Source: a virus (taxonomy: Duplodnaviria > Caudoviricetes). Taken from it: a DNA stretch of 55,576 nt. Below, piece after piece: positions 49,058-55,576 of the stretch. A program made the translations under genes and the position numbers. Location of the stretch: positions 1-55,576 of IMG/VR virus record IMGVR_UViG_3300013770_000001; one strand, 5' to 3'. Positions within the stretch are counted from its first letter, which is position 1; each line of letters begins with the position of its first letter. Below the pieces are notes generated by a model, which saw only the letters and a program-made list of their open reading frames with translations, was not told the origin of the DNA and ran no database searches.

Positions 49058-50048
49058 CGTAATGGAAGCGGTGCATCCGGTCACAGGTCAGCCGCTGCAC
49101 TCAAACAAACCGGCATGGACTGGTATTGGTTACAAGACCAATGCCAAGACCTCACGTGAGGCGCTGGACTTGGCGAATCTGGATTGGGATGTGAAGATGG
49201 GAAGGGCCGAGTTCGTTGCGGGTATGCCGCCATTAACCTATACCTATCCCGACAAGTTCGTGACCTACCGGACGCCCCGGAACACGCCGATTCCACTCGG
49301 CATGGTCGGCCCCAAGTACCGTGTTCTCCAGAATCGCGATGCCTTCGCACTCTGCGATGAACTGGTGGGTACCGGCGAAGCGACGTATGAATCAGCCGGG
49401 ATGCTGGGGAATGGACGCCGGGTCTGGATGCTGGCGCGGTTGAAGGAGGACATGGTGATTCGAGCCGCAGGCGGGGAAGATATCAGCCGCCGCTTTCTGC
49501 TGTTCCTCAACAGTCACGACGGAAGCAGCGCGGTCGAGATCGTGCCGACCGACATGCGTGTGACATGCAGTAACATGCTGAACCGGATTCGGCGCGCAGG
49601 TGCGAAGCACAGCTACAAGGTGATGCACACTGCCGGCATGGGCGGGAAGCTGGACGAGATTCGGAGCATCTTCGCGGCCTTCCGCAAAGAAGACCTGATC
49701 TCTCAAGCAGCCGTGCAGCGCATGGCCGACACGTCGCTGACAGATCTGAAACTTGGCGAGATCGTCGACGAACTGTGGCATTTTGATCCAGACACCGAGA
49801 ACGAAAAGGTGCGGGACGCGCATTATGACCGCTCCGAACGGATTCAACGCCTGTTCAGAGCCGGCCTCGGCTCCTCACTGGCGCAGGACACGCGGTGGGG
49901 CGGTCTGAATGCGATCACCGCCTATGTGGACCATGTTATGACCGAGACGGCCACACCTGAGAATCGCTTCAAAAGCGTACTGCTCGGGAAAGGTGCGATC
50001 ATCAAACGCGCAGCGTTCTCCGCCCTGTACGTTCCGATTCAGGCCTAA
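49050..50048 (+). CDS. DUF932 family protein
   Basis: LGMVG..Y.VLQN..AF; ESAG.L..GRRVW; NSHDGS; RV.C.N.L; T.WG..NAIT.Y.DH. Confidence 0.85.
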   Translation: MTNVMEAVHPVTGQPLHSNKPAWTGIGYKTNAKTSREALDLANLDWDVKMGRAEFVAGMPPLTYTYPDKFVTYRTPRNTPIPLGMVGPKYRVLQNRDAFALCDELVGTGEATYESAGMLGNGRRVWMLARLKEDMVIRAAGGEDISRRFLLFLNSHDGSSAVEIVPTDMRVTCSNMLNRIRRAGAKHSYKVMHTAGMGGKLDEIRSIFAAFRKEDLISQAAVQRMADTSLTDLKLGEIVDELWHFDPDTENEKVRDAHYDRSERIQRLFRAGLGSSLAQDTRWGGLNAITAYVDHVMTETATPENRFKSVLLGKGAIIKRAAFSALYVPIQA

Positions 50049-50129
50049 AAGACTGAGGTCGATCTACTGGTCAGGTGCTCCCTCTCCCTCTCCCTCACCC
50101 GACCAGTAGATCCCTCCAAAGGATTCAAC

Positions 50130-51200
50130 ATGAGCAAGCGACAGTTCGTGCAACTAGCACACAAGTTCGAGCCAACCAAGAACCTGATCGGCGGCTATTT
50201 CGCCTCCGAGAAGCTGGACGGGATGCGCTGTCTATGGGATGGCGGAATCACTCGCGGGCTGCTCAAGACCACAGTGCCGTGGGCGAACACAGCGAAGGAT
50301 GGCCGCTACTTGCAGGATCAGGTCTGCACTGGCCTGTGGTCGCGATACGGACATCCGATTCAGGCACCGGACAGTTGGCTCGACACGCTGCCTCAGATCA
50401 TTCTTGATGGGGAGGTCTTCGACCGGCGGTCCCGGCAACGAATCATGTCTGTCGTCAAGCGGCAGACACCTATTGAGAGCGACTGGAAGGGTATCCAGTT
50501 GCACGTGTTTGACAGCCCGCCGCCGCATGTCCTCTTCGCCGATGGGGAGATACGGGAGACCAACTATAAGAAGTCGTTCTTCGGTGTCCGCTCGTGGGTG
50601 TCCGAGAAGCTGAACAAGCTCACTTGGATGTCTGGTGGCGATTGTCTCATGTTCAAGGATGTGTACAAGAAGCTGAAACTGATTCCGAAATCAGAGAACC
50701 TCGAAATCTTGGAGCAGGTGGAGCTTCCACAAGAGGAAGCGGCAGCTCGCTCTATGGTCGAGCAGATGGCTGATCGAATCTGCGGCGACGGTGGTGAAGG
50801 TGTAATGCTTCGAGCACCGTGCAGCGCGTACTACACAGAACGTGCCCACACGTTGCTCAAGTACAAGCCCTTGCACGATATGGAGGGTGAGATCACCGGC
50901 TACACGACGGGGCGGGAGACGGACCTAGGGTCGAAGCTCCTCGGCAAGATCGGTGCCTTGATTCTGCAGCTTGACAATGGACAGAGACTGGAACTGTCCG
51001 GTCTCACGGATGAAGAACGTCGATTGTGCTCCGGCGGCGAGCAATGGGCATTGGTGAATCCGGAGTGCGAGTTGCCTGCGGAGTTCGAGTCAATCAACTT
51101 CGTTCGCGGTGAACGAGTGACATTCAAGTACCGTGCATTTACAGATGCGGGAATCCCGCAGGAAGCACGCTATTGGAGGAAAGAGGACAACGGGCCTTGA
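50130..51200 (+). CDS. ATP-dependent DNA ligase
   Basis: SEKLDGMR (KxDG), LDGE, VFD, EGVMLR, LLKYK. Confidence 0.9.
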   Translation: MSKRQFVQLAHKFEPTKNLIGGYFASEKLDGMRCLWDGGITRGLLKTTVPWANTAKDGRYLQDQVCTGLWSRYGHPIQAPDSWLDTLPQIILDGEVFDRRSRQRIMSVVKRQTPIESDWKGIQLHVFDSPPPHVLFADGEIRETNYKKSFFGVRSWVSEKLNKLTWMSGGDCLMFKDVYKKLKLIPKSENLEILEQVELPQEEAAARSMVEQMADRICGDGGEGVMLRAPCSAYYTERAHTLLKYKPLHDMEGEITGYTTGRETDLGSKLLGKIGALILQLDNGQRLELSGLTDEERRLCSGGEQWALVNPECELPAEFESINFVRGERVTFKYRAFTDAGIPQEARYWRKEDNGP

Positions 51201-51204
51201 ACCC

Positions 51205-51912
51205 AAGAAATTCGGCCGAGTCCGGAGATTCCAAACTTGGATACGCCGATGAAGCCGCAGGACTACGATCCGCCAATGGTTTGGTGGGGTCTTTCAGATG
51301 ATTAACCGGGTGTGCCTCTGCCGCAAGGTAAGCATACTTCATCCGGTGCTGTGCGGTTGGGAGCAGGGGTTCTTGCCTGCGCCGTAAAAGATGACCGTAA
51401 GGGAGTCTTTCCGCACTTGAATTTCTGGATTCGGTACGCAAACAGGCAAAGCGATCCGCCAATGGTTTGGTGGGGTCTTTCAGATGATTAACCGGGTGAG
51501 CCTCTGCCGCAAGGTAAGCATACTTCATCCGGTGCAATGCGGTTGGGAGCAGGGGGGGGGTTCTTGCCTGCGCCGTAAAAGATGACCGTAAGGGAGTCTT
51601 TCCGCAGTTGAATTTCTGGATTCGGTACGCAAACAGGCAAAGCGATCCGTAAGGATGATTTTGCAGGTTCGAGACCTGTCCGAATCCAGAGGAGTACGCG
51701 TAGCCCAATGTAAGGAGGCACCTCGATAAAAAGAGGAAAAAGTGTGGGTATGCAATCCCATCGCGTATAAGTGGGAGGGAACTTGTTAGTTGAGAATCAG
51801 AGACTGAGGTAGCCGACAGGGTTGCTCCCTGATTCTCGGCAGAATGGTCCATGACTCAACTATACGGGGCGTACGGCTTGTAGCAGCAAGAGTATGTGCG
51901 TCCCTCCCATTG
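51205..51912 (+). ncRNA. Large ornate structured ncRNA (GOLLD/ROOL-class candidate)
   Basis: No credible ORF; many stems and GNRA loops; long-range helix 51771-51780 with 51901-51910. Confidence 0.6.
51266..51649. repeat. Tandem duplication, 186-bp and 191-bp copies
   Basis: Units start cgatccgccaatgg at 51266 and 51452; differ by four substitutions and G-run length (4 vs 9). Confidence 0.9.
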
Positions 51913-52096
51913 AATTTACGGTGGTCGTGGAGCAGATTCTGCATGTAGGGCTTCTCTTAATATCGCAGCGGGCAGACTAGCCGGCTGCCCGTTGAGAGAG
52001 GTTGAATCTGCTCCCGGCCGATTACTTTCTATTCCTGAATCTGTGATTCGGGAATCCGTCCTGAGATCGGTTATCTCAAGTATAAAGGTCGAAGCC

Positions 52097-52531
52097 ATGG
52101 CTACTGTCAAAACGCCAGAAGATTATTTGGACGAGAACGTGCTGACTTGCGACAGGCAACGGGCTGTCGAGGAGCATATCAACGAACTCCGAAATGATCG
52201 AATCTGCAAGCGACGTGAAACCGCAGGCGGGCCAATCCGGGAGTGGATTCAGTCCGACATGCCACTCTTGGTGGGTGTGTGGGTCCGTCTGACGGATAGG
52301 CTAGGTAATGACCAGATCGGAAGGGTGCAGGCCGTGGGGACGCAAGAAGGTAAGAATCTGGGTTACTACCGGATTCTGCTCCCCGATGTTGAGACCGAGA
52401 CGCCGGATGGTCGGAAAGAGCCGACCTATGCCAAGGTGCAGTCCAAGGATGTGGTCATCCTTGGGGCAAATTACTTCCTTGGAACGATCCAGAAGATTCC
52501 GGGCCTCCCCGTCATTGGAAAGGTGGCGTAA
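52097..52531 (+). CDS. Hypothetical protein (SH3/KOW-like beta C-terminus)
   Basis: AAGG RBS before ATG 52097. Confidence 0.5.
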   Translation: MATVKTPEDYLDENVLTCDRQRAVEEHINELRNDRICKRRETAGGPIREWIQSDMPLLVGVWVRLTDRLGNDQIGRVQAVGTQEGKNLGYYRILLPDVETETPDGRKEPTYAKVQSKDVVILGANYFLGTIQKIPGLPVIGKVA

Positions 52532-52845
52532 TGCAGATCCAAGAGTTACTAGCACGTCTCGGTCCCCGGCGGCACATTCGTGTCTCCGGGGATCTTGAAC
52601 GGTTCTACGTGATGAATCAGTTCAAGATCGAGATTGATGTCACATCACTCATAAAGCCCCTGCTCGCCGGTCGGTGCACGCCACCAGAGGTTGCAGACCA
52701 GTTGACCAAGATTCTTGGGTGTTGGATCACGGCCAGTTACTCTGACCTGATCATTCACCCGGAGTCAAGGTCCGGGTGGACGGCCGACGGGCTGGTGTGC
52801 AAGGCAGCACTCTTTCATATCGGAACCTACGAGGATGACCTATGA
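52531..52845 (+). CDS. Hypothetical protein
   Basis: TAATG coupling with the upstream gene. Confidence 0.5.
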   Translation: MQIQELLARLGPRRHIRVSGDLERFYVMNQFKIEIDVTSLIKPLLAGRCTPPEVADQLTKILGCWITASYSDLIIHPESRSGWTADGLVCKAALFHIGTYEDDL

Positions 52846-53282
52846 CTATTGAGAATCCAATTCTCCTCGCATGGGAGAGCGTGAACGAAGCGATGGTGAT
52901 TCTTTCAGCGAGTGAGCGGCTGAAAGAGTCCCCATCTAAGTGGTATGCTTGGCACCGTGACACGCGAATCCTGTCTGGTGCTGCTGCAAACTATCTCCTG
53001 ACCGTTCATCCTATTTTGCGGGAGATCGAACGGCTCGTGGAGGCGGGGCTTCCGATTCCGGAACCGCTTGTGACACAGTTAGTCAAGGGTAGGGAGGTGT
53101 ATGATGGCGGTGAAGTGGAATCGGGAAGTGGCCCGGAAGTTGACGATTTCTCTGCGGAAAGAAATAGCGCGAATCCGTATGCGGAACACGGTCCTCACGC
53201 AGGAGAACAAGGAACTCTCCCTTTCCAACCAAGAGCTAACGGAGTCAAATCTAAAGAAGGACCAAGCGTACCAAAGGCTTAA
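52842..53282 (+). CDS. Hypothetical protein
   Basis: ATGA overlap. Confidence 0.5.
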   Translation: MTIENPILLAWESVNEAMVILSASERLKESPSKWYAWHRDTRILSGAAANYLLTVHPILREIERLVEAGLPIPEPLVTQLVKGREVYDGGEVESGSGPEVDDFSAERNSANPYAEHGPHAGEQGTLPFQPRANGVKSKEGPSVPKA

Positions 53283-53337
53283 GGCCGCTCTCTGCGTGGC
53301 GCAGGGTGCACTGAGGGAGATTCAATGTGACGAATAA
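53101..53337 (+). CDS. Small coiled-coil protein
   Basis: GGAGGT RBS; overlaps the tail of the previous ORF. Confidence 0.45.
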   Translation: MMAVKWNREVARKLTISLRKEIARIRMRNTVLTQENKELSLSNQELTESNLKKDQAYQRLKAALCVAQGALREIQCDE

Positions 53338-53668
53338 AGCCACTTCTGGCAATAGTCGCAAGGCGCTCATCTTCTTAATCGAAGATGACGATGTGCTGAC
53401 CAAGGGGCAGAAGCTGACTGGACGGCACCTTCTCAACACGCTTCCGCTGAGGAATCTTCCGTCTTTCGTCAGCGTGGATGCGATGGTCGAAGGGTTCAGA
53501 CTCATTTGGGTGGGGGTGACAATCAAGATTCAGGGTGATGGAAAGTACACTTTCAAGCACCTGACACCTGAAGGGATGTTAGTGTGCAGCGGCGGGCCTC
53601 AAGAAGGTCGGTTGCCCACGGCGTGGCGAAAAGCAATTGCCCAGTGTTGTGAAGGGAGAGAATCATGA
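53327..53668 (+). CDS. Hypothetical protein
   Basis: GGGAG RBS, GTG start. Confidence 0.5.
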   Translation: MTNKATSGNSRKALIFLIEDDDVLTKGQKLTGRHLLNTLPLRNLPSFVSVDAMVEGFRLIWVGVTIKIQGDGKYTFKHLTPEGMLVCSGGPQEGRLPTAWRKAIAQCCEGRES

Positions 53669-53829
53669 ACTTCGACTTCAGCGCCTGTGATCGCTGCAAA
53701 ACCTGTGGGCAGCCACCCAACAAATACGTTCTCAAAGAGGGGATCGAGGAGGTCAAAATCTTCTGTTGTTGTCTAGAGCCACTTGTCCTTCCCAAGCTCT
53801 CCACTGCCGTGGAGATAACCCCATGCTAA
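53665..53829 (+). CDS. 54-aa Cys-rich mini-protein
   Basis: MNFDFSACDRCKTCGQPP..FCCC; ATGA overlap; below the ORF-track cutoff. Confidence 0.45.
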   Translation: MNFDFSACDRCKTCGQPPNKYVLKEGIEEVKIFCCCLEPLVLPKLSTAVEITPC

Positions 53830-54152
53830 CCAAGAAAGAGTTCTTCCTCTGGATGAAGGAGTGCCGCAGCCGACCGGGGGTGCAGCTCTGTGAGATTCAC
53901 GATCACAGGTATGCTGTCAGGCTGGAGTACAACGAGCCGTCTCTCCTTTTCTACAATAAGAAAGGGTACATTTGCTCCCTTTCCATTGGGGCAAAGCACA
54001 CGACGATTATGGCCTCTTCAACGCAGGTGCTTTGGGCACAGATCAAGGCTTGGTTCACGGAGAGTCCACCGACCAAAGTTCATGGATTCCAGAAGGCATA
54101 CAAACGTGTCAGGAAGCAACGTAGGGGACGATGCCTTGGTAGAGGCGAGTGA
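53823..54152 (+). CDS. Hypothetical basic protein
   Basis: GGAG RBS before ATG 53823. Confidence 0.5.
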   Translation: MLTKKEFFLWMKECRSRPGVQLCEIHDHRYAVRLEYNEPSLLFYNKKGYICSLSIGAKHTTIMASSTQVLWAQIKAWFTESPPTKVHGFQKAYKRVRKQRRGRCLGRGE

Positions 54153-54233
54153 GTCACACTTCTCCGAGGCCGATGACTCGTTGGATGACGACATATTCAA
54201 ACAAGTGGGGCCATAGTTAAATGAGTCTTTATT

Positions 54234-54304
54234 GGGGGTATGGCGTAGGGGTAACGTGGCTGACTTGCACTCAGCAGTCCCCGGTTCGAATCCGGGTACC
54301 TCCA
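54234..54304 (+). tRNA. tRNA-Ala(UGC)
   Basis: Acceptor GGGGGTA/TACCTCC with G3:U70 and A73 alanine identity elements; anticodon arm GCTGA-CTTGCAC-TCAGC; T arm CCCGG-TTCGAAT-CCGGG; CCA not encoded. Confidence 0.9.
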
Positions 54305-54355
54305 ATTTAAAGGCAAAAGTTCCGAGTCACCCAAATGCTGACCAAGAGGTTCTAT

Positions 54356-54973
54356 ATGAAGATTCGAGACTTCCCATCCAATATGCTCCCTTTGTTTGAG
54401 GAACTCCTCGAACACTGTGAGGTGTTCGATTCGGAGTTCGACTTCACAGTCAAGGTGTGCGATATAACGAATCTTCCACTCGCGCCATTAGAGAGCGAGC
54501 GGGCGGCAGTGAGAATCGCGCGGCACAGTTCAGAGGACAGTCCATACCAAACACAGATCGACACCGGTCGTGGGCTGGCTTATGTGCGAGAACTGGTAGA
54601 ACATATAGCGGAGTGTCCGCCGATTCTTCTCTTCGGAACTATCTGGATTGACGGAGTGCACAGGGTTGCTGCCGCAAGAATCGCTGGACTAAAGGAACTT
54701 CCAGCCATTGATCTTCAGGAGTATTTCGACAAGTATCCCTGCACCTATGACGGGTATATTGACCATTGGAATCTCGATCAGCACTGGCCGGAGTTCGAGC
54801 ATTTCCCGTTGGAGGTAGAACCGGGAATCTTTGTCGTTGCGAAAGGTCCAAAGAGGCTTCGAATAGACGGTTGGATGACCAAGAATGCTTTTGAATGTGC
54901 CTATAAGTGCATCGCCTTGAGCACAGAGGGCTGGCAGGCCGAGCACTACGATCAGGAGGACATAGATGAATAA
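54356..54973 (+). CDS. ParB/sulfiredoxin-like nuclease-domain protein 3
   Basis: PPILL...IDGVHRVAAARIAGLKELPA. Confidence 0.7.
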   Translation: MKIRDFPSNMLPLFEELLEHCEVFDSEFDFTVKVCDITNLPLAPLESERAAVRIARHSSEDSPYQTQIDTGRGLAYVRELVEHIAECPPILLFGTIWIDGVHRVAAARIAGLKELPAIDLQEYFDKYPCTYDGYIDHWNLDQHWPEFEHFPLEVEPGIFVVAKGPKRLRIDGWMTKNAFECAYKCIALSTEGWQAEHYDQEDIDE

Positions 54974-55208
54974 GATGTATGACACAGTTCTCTGCAAGCC
55001 AGTATGGTGTTGCAAGATTCAAGAGGGTTGGCTCGGCGGTGTATTGCCGGATCTCTCCGGGACGCAGTTCTTCACGGAGAGTGAGTTTTCGTCACGTTTC
55101 ATACCATTCACAGGAGCGACGTGGTGCTGGTATCAGCTTGAGACCAATGGCCTTGTGATTCTCATGGTCCTGATACTTGCACGCTGTCTCATGGAGGGAA
55201 ACCGATGA
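54966..55208 (+). CDS. Hypothetical protein
   Basis: AGGAGG RBS. Confidence 0.45.
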   Translation: MNKMYDTVLCKPVWCCKIQEGWLGGVLPDLSGTQFFTESEFSSRFIPFTGATWCWYQLETNGLVILMVLILARCLMEGNR

Positions 55209-55265
55209 AGGGCTATAAAATCACCGCGGCAGCGGAGCACCTCTCTCTGGGTTCAGGAGTCAAGC

Positions 55266-55576
55266 ATGATCGCCTATAAGGTCTGTTCAACAGACGCGCA
55301 GAAAAGACTGCGGTCACATTTCTATCCGCCTATGAGTCCCCTCAACATTGTCTATGAGATCGGGAAGACAGTCCTCGCCCCGACAGAGGCAAATCCATTC
55401 TTCTGTTTTGTGACTCTTGAAATGGCAAAGAAGTTTTGCGAGTTTTTCATAGTTCCGAGAAGAATCATCCGTGTCGAGGCTGAACACGTCCTGCGAGGCG
55501 CCGTTGTAGTCGGCGTTCAGCGGGATGCCGCGCTCCTGCGCGGCCTCGGCGATCGAAACGTGGATCGCATCCGGGT
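55266..55576 (+). CDS. Hypothetical protein, truncated by the window end
   Basis: AGGAG RBS, MIAYKV... reads open toward the window edge. Confidence 0.45.
   Translation, partial: MIAYKVCSTDAQKRLRSHFYPPMSPLNIVYEIGKTVLAPTEANPFFCFVTLEMAKKFCEFFIVPRRIIRVEAEHVLRGAVVVGVQRDAALLRGLGDRNVDRIR

Noticed and set aside
51266-51649. Diversity-generating retroelement TR/VR pair
   Set aside because: No reverse transcriptase is present, the copies are adjacent and non-coding, and the differences are not adenine-specific.
51139-51852. 237-aa minus-strand ORF
   Set aside because: It is antisense to the local gene direction, has no recognisable motifs, and its length comes from the 186-bp in-frame duplication in a structured-RNA region.
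54234-54304. tRNA-Cys (GCA visible in the loop)
   Set aside because: The 7-nt loop CTTGCAC places TGC at positions 34-36, and G3:U70 plus A73 identify alanine.

Overview
This 55.6 kb window is most or all of a tailed dsDNA phage genome with siphovirus-like organisation. The left arm (542-26777, + strand) holds packaging and virion genes: a lambda-GpA-type large terminase, portal, scaffold, P22-coat-like major capsid, tail tube, frameshifted tail chaperone, tape measure, tail tip and an Asp-box receptor-binding protein. A short leftward block (28540-33845) carries a DEDDh exonuclease, a Dam-type adenine methyltransferase, a DUF5664-like protein and a primase-helicase. An AT-rich divergent control/origin region follows. 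The right arm is a rightward replication/early region: three ParB-like proteins, SNF2 helicase, MazG-like protein, family A DNA polymerase, VRR-NUC, NYN, HAD nucleotidase, sigma-like factor, DUF932, ATP-dependent ligase and tRNA-Ala. I recognised no integrase, repressor, prohead protease or endolysin. The most notable signals the gene list does not explain are: (1) the 12-bp palindrome GATTC-NN-GAATC, seen at least 31 times (about 0.05 expected by chance) and imposed on coding sequence in several frames, in a genome with three ParB-like genes and no ParA; (2) a shared N-terminal leader ending in FKVAH on scaffold, major capsid and tail tube, suggesting one common maturation cleavage or targeting signal; (3) a roughly 700-nt ornate structured non-coding RNA with a tandemly duplicated 186/191-nt domain; (4) a 64-nt tRNA mimic with a collapsed anticodon arm; (5) a GGAATTTT-N14-GTTA promoter motif at the head of four transcription units; (6) DnaJ-type zinc-finger insertions in both the polymerase and the helicase. 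All product calls come from motif recognition and gene order only; no database searches were run.
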